Assembly (NCBI GenBank): GCA_024275075.1
Contig: JAJRZU010000066.1
Coordinates: forward strand, 1 to 51,135
Direction of reading: 5' to 3'
Source: Deltaproteobacteria bacterium
GTDB taxonomy: Bacteria; Desulfobacterota; JAJRXV01
Length of the DNA: 51,135 nt
In this document: positions 8,386 to 18,900 of the stretch, in pieces
Position numbering within the stretch: position 1 is the first letter of the stretch
How the letters are laid out: the number at the start of each line of letters is the position of its first letter
Program-made: the position numbers and the translations under genes
Notes under the pieces: model-generated
What the model saw: the letters and a program-made list of their open reading frames with translations, nothing else
Told to the model about the DNA's origin: nothing
The model's database searches: none

Positions 8386-8414
8386 TTGACAATTTTCTGT
8401 CAATGTTGTATTAT
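8386..8414 (+). promoter_or_regulatory. near-consensus sigma70 promoter with A-rich upstream element
   Basis: aaaaaaaca-TTGACA (8386-8391), 17 nt, TATTAT (8409-8414). The -35 is part of the palindrome TTGACAattttcTGTCAA. Confidence 0.6.
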
Positions 8415-8510
8415 TTCTGACAGGGCTGTTTATAAGCCTTAATTCCTGCGATTTCATATTATAAGTTTAAGTAAAGGGATGAAATATTCCCAGTATTATT
8501 AAGGGGATCT

Positions 8511-9551
8511 ATGAAAATCAAAAAAATGTTTTTTGTGAAGCTCTATTTAGTGGCAATCATCTCATCACTGCTTGTGGTGGCGTTTGCCTCTTTTTCGTTT
8601 GCGTCAGTGGAAGTATTCAACAAAAAAAGCGGGTTGGTGTCTGATTTAGCGTACAATATATACATAGGTGAGGATACTGTCTGGTTCGCTTCAGGGCGCT
8701 TTGGTGCTGCCGTGTATGACAAGGGTTCCGGTCAGGTAACCGTTTACGGTAAGGGTAGCAAAATCGCAGCCGGTGCTGTGGGTTCTGTTGCCGTCGGGTT
8801 TGGTAAGACATGGTTTGGCACTGAGCAGGGGCTCAATGTAATGGATGAGGATGGAGAAGTAACGACGATCCTTGAGATAGAGATCCCAAAACTCGGCAAG
8901 GCGGGGCAGATGCGAAAGGCGATGCTTTATAAAGCGAAGAATATATGGTTCGCGGATGGGGCTTTATGGGTGTGTTCCTTAGGGGTAAATGGCGGCTTGT
9001 ATAGATATGACGGCGACAAATGGGAAGAGAGGCGATTTGGACGGTCAGTCTTTAACTATGTAAGTGATTTATTGGTGGTTGGCGATGATATCTGGTTTAC
9101 CACGGGCGGTTTTGGCGTTTATATATACAATAAGGTTAGCGGGAAGTGGACTGTAATAAATACAAGTTCCAAGAACACCGCGTTATTGGTCAACGATACA
9201 ATAGCTTCGCTAATAGCTGTCGGTGACGATGTCTGGGCGGCTACCGGCGACGGCGTTAGTAAGATCAATAAAAGCGAATCAGGTAAAATAACAGTAACGC
9301 ATTATAGCGCTGATGATACAAAGGGCATTATGTTAAGCCCTATCACCACATCAATTGCGGCAACGCAAGAAGGAGATATCTATGTCGGGACTGTTAAAGG
9401 CCTGATAATGTTGTCAGACGGCACATGGTCAAAAGTGGAGATAAGTGATGAGAGCGGGAAACCCTATGATATTCACAGGGTGTTTTCACTTAACAGTGAC
9501 GGTGATACTATATGGGTAGGATCAAACATGGGGATTATAAAACTAAATTAA
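8511..9551 (+). CDS. secreted beta-propeller protein (two-component-regulator-propeller / Reg_prop-like repeats)
   Basis: Signal peptide LYLVAIISSLLVVAFASFSFA. Repeated ..D..[IV]W[FVA].T..G[LV]..[YI]D/N.. blades: TVWFASGRFGAAVYD, TWFGTEQGLNVMD, IWFTTGGFGVYIYN, VWAATGDGVSKIN, IYVGTVKGLIML, IWVGSNMGIIKL. Confidence 0.75.
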   Translation: MKIKKMFFVKLYLVAIISSLLVVAFASFSFASVEVFNKKSGLVSDLAYNIYIGEDTVWFASGRFGAAVYDKGSGQVTVYGKGSKIAAGAVGSVAVGFGKTWFGTEQGLNVMDEDGEVTTILEIEIPKLGKAGQMRKAMLYKAKNIWFADGALWVCSLGVNGGLYRYDGDKWEERRFGRSVFNYVSDLLVVGDDIWFTTGGFGVYIYNKVSGKWTVINTSSKNTALLVNDTIASLIAVGDDVWAATGDGVSKINKSESGKITVTHYSADDTKGIMLSPITTSIAATQEGDIYVGTVKGLIMLSDGTWSKVEISDESGKPYDIHRVFSLNSDGDTIWVGSNMGIIKLN

Positions 9552-9611
9552 ATGTAAATAACACTATGCAAAGTTTTATATAGATAAAACATTTTAAGAG
9601 GGAGTGGGAAA

Positions 9612-12600
9612 ATGAGTTTACGGAAAAGTGGAAGGTTTTTTGTTTATTTTATGTTTGTAGCTGTTTTATGTCTGGGCGGCTATCTGGTCTACGATAATGC
9701 GCAGGCGGACCATTCAACAGGCCGCGCGTGTTATAGTTGCCATACGCTTACAACCGCAGGAGCAGAGCAGACAACGTCTTCTATCCTTACTGGGGCGGCT
9801 CAGGGTGTTCAGAACACTGAGTTGTGCGAGGTGTGTCATACCCAGAAGGAACTGACGGAATTTAACCCCGCGGGGACAGTTTCAAGGCATCCTGTCCATG
9901 TTACGACTAACCAGGCGGGTTATCTCTCAACCCGCGGCGACAACTCGCCGTACCAGGCAGTTAACGCTAATAACTCCATAGAATGCTTTAACTGTCATAA
10001 CTCCAAGCAGGTTACAAAAAGGGGTGACACTACACCAAGCTCTGACGCGAATGCGTACCCTGACCATACATGGGAGCAGATAGACTATCCCGGGCAGGTT
10101 AGTCAGGTCGCACCATGGGACTATCTTGAAAACCATCTCTATGGTACTGAAGGCGGGGTTACAGCCTTAGGCACCTTTTACGATGATTTAAACTATAACG
10201 CCTGTTACGGAGGATCTCCTATACTCGCGAAAAGTACCGCGAACGAGACGATCAACACAGGGCCTACTACTACAAACCCTGTCTTTCCAGGTTGTCATGG
10301 TACGATTGTCGACTCCAAGGGTAAAACAATTCAAGACTATATGACTGTCAATCAGGGAGGAAGAAAAGGAAGCGCCACGATGGGACACGCTATATCCGCT
10401 GACGGCGCTATTATCTCCTGCCGGACATGCCACGACCCGCACGGTAGTACAAGCGCTATCAGGCTGTACACAGGGCCGAACTATGAGTCACAAAACTTTA
10501 ACTCGGTCAACGCGATTTGTAGGGACTGCCACGGATACGATACCGGTACCGGTGGTGCAGCCCCATCGCCAATTACTATTTATGTAAACAACGCAGGCAC
10601 CGCGGAGACAAGGGTTGTTACCGCGCCGGCGCCGCCATGGGTAGGACGTCCATATCTTAACATCCCGCACGGCCTTGAAAGTAACATAAACTCCCCTATA
10701 GAAGGTCAGGCAAATAAATATAATAACGAGGCATGTTGGGAGTGCCACTCTGTTCACCAGCCTCCACCGCCTCCTGATGATGTATCCGTAGAATGTGAGG
10801 TATGTCACGTATGGGATCCGACTACTGACAACGATGATGTCGATAACTATACATTCGGCACCGGTGACTACTCTGACAAAGCTATGATAGACGCGACTCA
10901 GTGGACGACTGCTGGTCACGGCGTACCAGCGGGCAACTTCATGCCGATGACTAATGCAAGATGGCCGTCTAACAATGCTTTCGGCCCTGAACTGAGCTGT
11001 GCGGATACGGGCACGACAGATGGTTGTCACGATCCGAACGTTGCTCACGGTACCGCAACCAACCCGTTCAGGCTTATGGGTAAGACCGGTGTCGGTACAT
11101 ACACTAACACAATTACAAAAGAAGATCATCAAACAGGAGGGGTACAGGCAAACGGACCTGATGGCGTATGTTACAGGACAGACGGTCCCGCATGTCATAA
11201 CCCGGATATAGACACTGACAGACACGACTTTAATGCCGCTTATGCCGGCGGCGTCTGCTTTGACTGCCACGATCCGCATGGCGACAGCTCTAACGCCGAC
11301 CCGACCACAACGCCGATCCCAGACACTAACATAAACGCGGCGATGATCCAAAGAATGCCCGTCGGTGGTGAATGGGTGGCGAATACCCATTATGGAAGGT
11401 TCCCTGACTCAGGCGGAGCTTTTGGTATCGTTACCGCTGCAAACTCATATCCATCAGCAAGGTATGTCGCGACAAACTCAAAAAGCGACTACTACAAGGA
11501 TAATCTTAACTACAGTGGTATATGCGAGACGTGCCATACCGCTGACGGTCCTGGCGCTGTATCTGATGGCGGCAGTATAACAAATTATTTTAGAAGAGAC
11601 AACGGCGACGGCGACGACCTTTCGCTGGTGAATTATCATGATCCTATAGCGACGCCCGAGCAGTGCGCGCTAAAATGCCACTTACACTCAAAGAAATTTG
11701 AGCCCGGCGGCAAGTGTATCGAGTGCCACGCTTCACCGCAGGGTTCTCATCCGGCGATTGTAACGCTGGACTTAACCTCCGGTCAGATAGAGCTTACAGC
11801 CGACGGTGCGAACGGCGCTATGTCCAAGCACGTTGGCGGCTCAACGACGGGTATCACATCGTTTGAATGTGTTATCTGTCACTTAGAAGGCCAGATCGTA
11901 GCCGGTAATCCAGAGCCGAACAGCACTTACCATAAAAACGGTACAGTTGAGCCAAGAGATCAAGCCTCCGGCGGCGAGATCGCGGCCCTTGGCGCTGGCG
12001 GTAGCTACACGCCAACGCTCGACGCGCGAGGCTATGCTACAAACGCGTACTTGTTGAACGCGAACTTCTGCGGCGGATGCCACGACGCTAACGGCGCCGA
12101 ATGGTGGGCTACAAAGGGCGGAAACGCGTTGCAACCATTCAACAACTCAGCTATGTCCGATGCTGACGGCGTCCCCGGTGCGAACGATACGACCACGGTG
12201 CCTGACATCTATTCAAGATATAATAACGTAGGGCTTGGTGAGAACACCGGCGGCACAGGTGACCTCGAGGGTAAGAGCTCGGCTATGTACAGTAAATTCA
12301 CCACGGCGAATTATAATGTTGTGCCGCAGATAATGAAAGCTTATTCTCCGCACGGCAACCCGTCTACTAATGTAACAAAATCAGAGTTTCAGGGTGAGAC
12401 CCCGGGCGTTAATACATTTGTAACGAATCCCGTGGCGTGTCTTAACTGCCACCCCGCGCACGGTTCTGATATCACTGCTTCCGGGGAAACCGGTTATAAT
12501 CAATTAGGCGCGAACGGCGGCGCTATGGTGCGTACCGCTGATCCTTCATTATGCTGGGATTGTCACAGCAAACCAGTTGCGAACGTGTGGGACTTCTACG

Positions 12601-15600
12601 GCGATACTGACAGGGTCAGCGCGAACCCGCTTCAGTGGAGCGTTGGCGGCGGCAACTGGACAAGAGGCACAGGTCCCTTTAACTATAAGGGCGGATACCA
12701 GATGCGAAGTATACATACCCCGGCTAACGCCGGCGGCGTCATCGCATGTGGGGTATGTCACGACCCGCACGGTATCGATACCGCGAACACAGCTAATGAA
12801 TACTTCCTGCTCCCTTCTCTAAGGGTGGGGGCGGGCGACCCGGGCGGATGGGTTACATCCCCTTATAAAGAGGACAGGCCGGGTAACAAAACCGGCTCCG
12901 TAGCGCCTGAAGACCCGACACAGGTCAATGGCGAGCCGTACAAGCTTGCAGGGAAAGGCTGGAACGGCCCTACGTATGCAGACTGGTACGATGGTAACGG
13001 CGCTCCGACTAACCAGAACAAAGGTACAGGCCCAAGGGTGGAGCCTATGACTTCCGGCGGTAGCTTCGCCTACTGTAACCCGCCGGAAATCGGCGGCGGC
13101 TACGGTGACGGCGCTGACGCCACTTATGGCGGCAACGGTCATCAGGGATTCTTCTTGAACGACAACACATTTGGGACAGACGGTATCATGTTGTTTGCCG
13201 GCAAGGCGGGGGATAACTTTGAGCAGGCGCCTGTTACAGTCAATCCGCAGGCAGCGTTTGAAGCTGACGGCGGCGCCACAGGCGTATTCACATTAAACGC
13301 TTTCAGCGGCTTTTGCAAGAACTGCCATTCAGCTACAGACGCTCTTGGCATAGAATATGGATCATGGACGGGACACCACTCGGTATTCGGCGTCACTCCA
13401 TATAACGACGTGTATAATCAGTCGATCGCTCAGTATGTTCACGGCGGTCCGCAGGGTAAAGAGGAAGAGATAAGGCTTCTGGCTACAAACGAGGTGGGTA
13501 GGTCATCTGGCGCCGGCATGAAGTGGGCGATAACCCAGGGTAACTTCACTGTAGGCGCTGAAATGAACTGGCAGATGGAGGCTAACGGGAATAAGGTCAA
13601 CTATCATGAATTTACGTGTTCTAAGTGTCACACTCCTCACTCTTCTGTTATCGACAGGCTGATGAGGACAAACTGTCTGTCAGGCGGTAACACGAGCGAT
13701 GACTCGACCTCAACGCCGGGCTCTGGCACCAACGGTCCGTCGGTTATCGACACGACCGTAGGTAACTGGGTTGATACGGAAACGACGAATAGAGCGGGCT
13801 ATACATATCCGCATCCGTATTTTGCCGCTGTTACCCCTACAGTCGAAGCGTTTACGATGCACTGCCACAACAGCTTTATGTATGTAAACGGCACCGACCC
13901 GGGCTGGGGTATGGGGCAAACAGGGCAAAACGCGGATGGCGTGACCATAACTTATAATGGCGGCTGGCAGAAACTAAGCGCCAACGGAAACGACCCGGGC
14001 GGATGCGCTACGATCGCGTGTCACTCGTTCTTCCCGAACTTTGCGATCGCGACTGCCGAGGGGAGTCCTAACTCGATTCAAAGATCGGGCGCTCACAGGG
14101 TGCATCTGGACTTGGCTTTTGACAGCACGTATACATCAGGAGCTGATCCTGAGTCATTCTATGATTCAGACGGCGACGGCGTGCAGGACAAGTTCGGCCT
14201 TGGCGACCTTGCTCAGCTTGACTGCGATTACTGCCATGCGTATGGGGCAGGCAGTACACCTCCGCGAGATAATGCAAACGCCGCTCCTCACAGGAACGGT
14301 ACTATAGAATTTGCCGACGCGGGTAACCCTGACTTGACGGGCACGACTATCTGCGCTAACTGCCATGCGGATGACGCGGCGGCGAAAGCTAACTGGGGCG
14401 GTAACTCCAACGATGACTACACGCGGCTGGCATGTACAAGCTGTCATTCACAGACCTCGCCGGCGTGGACTATTTTCGGTAATGTCAGAGGCGCGAACGT
14501 GAATGGCGACGGCAGTAACTACGGCTTCTTCATCAATGGCCACGGTTTGGACAGCGGCAGCTTATATGGATGGGATGCGACATCACTCGGCGCCAACTTC
14601 TTAGGTGACCCGGGTACTGATACTGACTCTGACAGCATCGGTGATGACGGTTGTATGTATTGTCATGATATAACATCGCCGCATATAGACGCTAACACTG
14701 CAAACGGCTCGCAGGGCTTCAGGTTTGAGTCAGGTAACTTCCCGAGCACAGCGTCAGTTTCCGCTGTATGCCTTGACTGTCACGAAAGAGCTGACGGACC
14801 TGGCGGCGGCGCGACAAACGCCAGACTGGCGACAGATTCCACCGACCTGATACTTGACCACGACTCCGCGTCGATGTCAGCGGTTCCTGTCAGTTACACA
14901 AGGCTGAACAGTTCAATAACATGGGGTTTTGCGCCTGACTGTAACGATTGTCACGACCTGCACGGCAGTACAAACAGGATGATGATCGGTTCAAACCATA
15001 CGGCAGCGGTTCCACCGGCGCCAGACGCTGTTAACGCGAGGATAACAGACCAGAACGAAGCCGCGTGGACACCTAACAATATAATCGTCGATTACAAGAA
15101 CCCCTTGGCTTTTGAATTAGGTAAGACTACAGCGCCGATAGGCCCTTGTATCACATGCCATAGAAATGGCGCGCCTAACGGTACTGATCATAACAACCAG
15201 AACTCGGTTAATAACGATCACACGCATGGCGGTCCGACAAGTACAGTAACAAGTCCTGTGGTCTGTACGGATTGTCATAAGCATAAGAAGGCGTTCGCTC
15301 CTTCCGCCTGCGACGAATGTCACGGCTGGCCTCCAGGGTACAATGACCCTGGCAAAACGGGAGAGGCAGTAGGTTCTATAGAGCAGCCAACTCTTATAAC
15401 GGCGCCTGAAGCTGGTGCGCATCTATTCCATACCAGGCAGAACGTAGGCACTACCGCTACGCCTGGACAACCGAAACTTGATACCGCATGTGCGGAGCAG
15501 GGCTGTCACGTTCGGATCAGTTCTGGCGCGGCAACGGGTCATAGTACCCCTGACGACCAGACGGCGGAAGTCGATTTTGATATCATAAACGACTATGCGA

Positions 15601-15872
15601 CGGGCACTAACCCGACATATCCGAACCATGCGCAGGGCGACCCGATAATCGTCAAGGATATTGCTGGTGGTACTGGTGATAACTCTGGTCTCGGCGATGG
15701 TTCAAGGGACAGAAACATTGGTAACACTCTTGACTCTGGAGACGCCACTGGTTTGGGTACTGCGACCGGCGGTCAGAGTGACGCTACATGTACAAATATC
15801 TATTGCCACAGTACTGTCGTCAAGCAGGCGTCAGGCGACTGGTGGGTAACAGGTGCGACGCCGCCAAAATGA
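9612..15872 (+). CDS. giant multihaem c-type cytochrome B (27 CxxCH plus CX4CH variants); ends at a TGA that is in frame with the next ORF
   Basis: RBS agagggag. Signal anchor FFVYFMFVAVLCLGGYLVY. I hand-counted 27 canonical CxxCH, plus CATIACH, CAEQGCH and CTNIYCH (CX4CH). The final unit CTNIYCHS..WWVTGATPPK-TGA lacks its partner CxxCH, which lies just past the stop. Confidence 0.9.
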   Translation: MSLRKSGRFFVYFMFVAVLCLGGYLVYDNAQADHSTGRACYSCHTLTTAGAEQTTSSILTGAAQGVQNTELCEVCHTQKELTEFNPAGTVSRHPVHVTTNQAGYLSTRGDNSPYQAVNANNSIECFNCHNSKQVTKRGDTTPSSDANAYPDHTWEQIDYPGQVSQVAPWDYLENHLYGTEGGVTALGTFYDDLNYNACYGGSPILAKSTANETINTGPTTTNPVFPGCHGTIVDSKGKTIQDYMTVNQGGRKGSATMGHAISADGAIISCRTCHDPHGSTSAIRLYTGPNYESQNFNSVNAICRDCHGYDTGTGGAAPSPITIYVNNAGTAETRVVTAPAPPWVGRPYLNIPHGLESNINSPIEGQANKYNNEACWECHSVHQPPPPPDDVSVECEVCHVWDPTTDNDDVDNYTFGTGDYSDKAMIDATQWTTAGHGVPAGNFMPMTNARWPSNNAFGPELSCADTGTTDGCHDPNVAHGTATNPFRLMGKTGVGTYTNTITKEDHQTGGVQANGPDGVCYRTDGPACHNPDIDTDRHDFNAAYAGGVCFDCHDPHGDSSNADPTTTPIPDTNINAAMIQRMPVGGEWVANTHYGRFPDSGGAFGIVTAANSYPSARYVATNSKSDYYKDNLNYSGICETCHTADGPGAVSDGGSITNYFRRDNGDGDDLSLVNYHDPIATPEQCALKCHLHSKKFEPGGKCIECHASPQGSHPAIVTLDLTSGQIELTADGANGAMSKHVGGSTTGITSFECVICHLEGQIVAGNPEPNSTYHKNGTVEPRDQASGGEIAALGAGGSYTPTLDARGYATNAYLLNANFCGGCHDANGAEWWATKGGNALQPFNNSAMSDADGVPGANDTTTVPDIYSRYNNVGLGENTGGTGDLEGKSSAMYSKFTTANYNVVPQIMKAYSPHGNPSTNVTKSEFQGETPGVNTFVTNPVACLNCHPAHGSDITASGETGYNQLGANGGAMVRTADPSLCWDCHSKPVANVWDFYGDTDRVSANPLQWSVGGGNWTRGTGPFNYKGGYQMRSIHTPANAGGVIACGVCHDPHGIDTANTANEYFLLPSLRVGAGDPGGWVTSPYKEDRPGNKTGSVAPEDPTQVNGEPYKLAGKGWNGPTYADWYDGNGAPTNQNKGTGPRVEPMTSGGSFAYCNPPEIGGGYGDGADATYGGNGHQGFFLNDNTFGTDGIMLFAGKAGDNFEQAPVTVNPQAAFEADGGATGVFTLNAFSGFCKNCHSATDALGIEYGSWTGHHSVFGVTPYNDVYNQSIAQYVHGGPQGKEEEIRLLATNEVGRSSGAGMKWAITQGNFTVGAEMNWQMEANGNKVNYHEFTCSKCHTPHSSVIDRLMRTNCLSGGNTSDDSTSTPGSGTNGPSVIDTTVGNWVDTETTNRAGYTYPHPYFAAVTPTVEAFTMHCHNSFMYVNGTDPGWGMGQTGQNADGVTITYNGGWQKLSANGNDPGGCATIACHSFFPNFAIATAEGSPNSIQRSGAHRVHLDLAFDSTYTSGADPESFYDSDGDGVQDKFGLGDLAQLDCDYCHAYGAGSTPPRDNANAAPHRNGTIEFADAGNPDLTGTTICANCHADDAAAKANWGGNSNDDYTRLACTSCHSQTSPAWTIFGNVRGANVNGDGSNYGFFINGHGLDSGSLYGWDATSLGANFLGDPGTDTDSDSIGDDGCMYCHDITSPHIDANTANGSQGFRFESGNFPSTASVSAVCLDCHERADGPGGGATNARLATDSTDLILDHDSASMSAVPVSYTRLNSSITWGFAPDCNDCHDLHGSTNRMMIGSNHTAAVPPAPDAVNARITDQNEAAWTPNNIIVDYKNPLAFELGKTTAPIGPCITCHRNGAPNGTDHNNQNSVNNDHTHGGPTSTVTSPVVCTDCHKHKKAFAPSACDECHGWPPGYNDPGKTGEAVGSIEQPTLITAPEAGAHLFHTRQNVGTTATPGQPKLDTACAEQGCHVRISSGAATGHSTPDDQTAEVDFDIINDYATGTNPTYPNHAQGDPIIVKDIAGGTGDNSGLGDGSRDRNIGNTLDSGDATGLGTATGGQSDATCTNIYCHSTVVKQASGDWWVTGATPPK

Positions 15873-15944
15873 GGTTATACAGTAGTATGTGGCGATTGTC
15901 ACAGCGCGACCAACCCTGCGTCACAGCCTCACCAGACCCATGCG

Positions 15945-18900
15945 GTGACATACGGCTTCTTATGCCAGGATTGTCACAATGGCCGTGGCAGGACAGCCGC
16001 CGCCACAACTGCATATCATGTAAATGGCTATGTAGAGCTGAACATAAGTAAGACGTTAGGGGCAGCGACAGTAACAGGGACATTCAGTTCAACTTATTCA
16101 GTCGCAGCGGGCACAACTAACGATAACCTGCCTGGCGATTATGCGAGAGCTGGATGGTGTGACAACGTTTACTGTCACAGCAATGGCGTAGAAATAAAAG
16201 GCATGGCGGCAACTTATCAGACAGTTGACTGGAATGACTTTGGAACGCTGACATGTTCATCATGTCACGGTACGGGCGGTACGTCAGCACACGGCGAGCC
16301 TGATTACGCGAGTGGCGGAGCAGGCTCGGCAAGCGCTAACAGCCATGAGGCGCATATAGGTAAGGCAGGCCTGAATAATGACAGGCTTGAGTTGCATTGC
16401 AGTGACTGCCATTCGGCTACAGTAGTCGCGGGTTCTGATTACATCAGCGCACCGACTATCAACGCTCCGAACGGCGGAACGCACGTAAACGGCGTTGTGG
16501 ATGTTTCAAGCGCTTCATTTACATTATCATACAACGTAAACGGGCAGAAGAAATGCTATAGTTCTTGCCACGGTACTTATAATACAACAACTGAAATTGC
16601 TTGCGCGCCTCAGTGGGGCGGCGGTTCTAAAAGCGGAGGGTACGGTTCATGCCAGATGTGTCATGATGTCAATTCATGCGATCCTGAAGATGTTGTAAGA
16701 CCTAAGGCACCGACTGATCAGAAACCAGCGGGTACTGCTCACGCGAATAAGATTGACTTCGCTCAGTACACCGGTGCCGGGGCAACCGGTCATGGACTTG
16801 ATTCCGCGTCAACGTATGCGGGCGGTATTAATGCCGGTGCCGGTCTTATTTGGACAGCGGGCACTTTATATGATCCATTTGATGTCGGGACAGCAGATGT
16901 AGGGTGCTTGTCAACAAGCGGTAATATGGCTACGCCGGGAGATGGCTGTCACTCATATCTGTTGCAGTCAGGTACTCGTGACTGGGATAAGTACAAGAGC
17001 CACTATACCGCTAAACCGGCGGCTACACACTCAGGCGATGACTTCTTCTTAGGGAGTAGCTTCCAGTCCAACATTGACGCGCTCTGTGAATATTGTCACG
17101 ATGGAGTTACAGCGCCAGGTCTTTCAGGTGGTAACTTCTCACATACTAAGGGTACGACAGGTTCGGCTCTTACATGGCCATACGTTCCGAAGTGTGTTGA
17201 CTGTCACGATCCGCACGGTGATGGGAATGACTATATGATCAAGTACGCTGTTTCAAGGGATTATGGTAGTCTCGCTAACGGTAACCCTGCTTTGTCTGAC
17301 CTGTCATCACCGAACCTGGGTTCAACGCAGGCGGAGATAGACTTGATGTTGCCTGTTACATTCAATGTGGATCAAGTCACTGGATTTGACGGCGGCATCG
17401 GTAAAGCCGGCGATTATTATCAGGCCAATCCGACAACGAACGGTAACGGTATCTGTCAGGTATGTCATACCCAGAACCTGGTCTATGATAACGAGGCTAT
17501 AAGCGGCACCGCGACTACAACGCACCAGAACTGGCTTGATGCGGCATTAAACAGTCCGTTTGATACTGACGCGCCGGTTCAGGACTTCCTGTCACCGAGC
17601 GGTCGAAGGTGTAGTTCATGTCATAAGCACTTTGAGTGTGATACAGAGAAAGGATTCCCGATACCGAAACCGAATCCGCCTTGTACGCCGGCTCCATACT
17701 GCTCAGATTGTCACGTATGGAACCCGAACGGCGACACGAATCATCCGTTAATGACGACTCAGGCTAACGGCGGTCTTAATGGTCATCCCGGATTCAAGGA
17801 TCCGACTGGTCAGAATGACGACATTGATGATTACACATTCGGTACGACTGACTTTACTAACAGAGCGATGATAGACGGCGTTCAGTGGACATCCGGCGGT
17901 CATGGTACAGCGACGTCAGTTTCGTTGCCAGAGACATCAAAGGGTATAAACGCAGGGCCACAGCATTCATGTACGCCTGGTACTACATCAGATGGTTGTC
18001 ATGATTCTACGGTATTGCACGGAGACGCCGGGAACCCGTTCAGGTTGTTGGTATATAATGCAGCTACCGGCGGGGCCATAATAAATGAGCTTTGTTCAAA
18101 TTGTCACCCGCCACCGACGCTTGCAGGTGTACATAAGCGACATGCTAATGGTAAGACCCCAATGTTTGAAGCTGGTCAATGTACAGACTGTCACGATCCT
18201 CATGGCGAGAGCGCGAGAACGGATGCAGGGTTGACGACTGTCAATGACGCTGACTTAAACGCGGCGATGATTCAGCGGGAGTTAGTCTGGAGAGACAGAT
18301 GGACAGCCGGCGCTTTTGGCGACCCGACAGACACGAACCCGGTAGTCGTTCCCGCGGATGATAAGTTAGAGCCGGTGGTAAGATTCTATAAAGCTGGTGG
18401 TCTTAACGCAACAGCTTGGGATATGAAGGATTATGTCACTGAGTCATCATTAAACAGTGGTGTCTGTGAAGCGTGCCACACAGCTGACACCGTAGGCGAG
18501 CCTGAGACGCAGTTCTTTAGAAGAAAGAACGCTGACGGCAGTACGGAGGCTTCATTACCTTCATTCCACAAGACGGCTAACGCGGATTACTGTACAGCCA
18601 GTTGTCATACGCACGTAAAAGGTTTCGAGAAACCTGACCTGTGTAGTTGCTTGTCATGTCATGCCGGCGTCGACAGGCAGTTTGCTCCGGTTGACGGTTC
18701 AAACGTGTCGTCAGGTCCCCAGCAGCATGACATAGTGTACAATCCACCAACCAGTCCTCCCTCTACAGGGAGTCTTGACGCGGATTGTAATACGGGAGGA
18801 ACTGTAGATTGCCTGAAGTGTCATGACCTTGACACTAATGGTAACCATATGGACACAACGGTTTATTTAAAACCGATAGACTCGACCAAGACAGGCGCTT

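Noticed and set aside
10488-11390. 300-aa ORF on the minus strand inside cytochrome B. Similar antisense ORFs occur at 7687-8100, 12819-13142, 14166-14447, 15117-15422, 32274-32642, 32658-33179 and 33687-33983.
   Set aside because: They lie entirely antisense to strongly supported cytochrome genes. They are Arg/Cys/Val-rich low-complexity translations typical of shadow frames in GC-rich coding DNA. They have no RBS or recognisable motifs. The pair 7420-7671 and 19182-19427 are similar only because the sense genes are duplicated.
15870-15872. The in-frame TGA of cytochrome B/C as a selenocysteine codon
   Set aside because: I could not fold a convincing SECIS-like hairpin in the 60 nt downstream. 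The aligned position in three sibling units is Trp (P-x-W-G), not Cys. TGG to TGA is a one-step change. Sec cannot be strictly excluded without a SECIS search and selA/selB/selC evidence.
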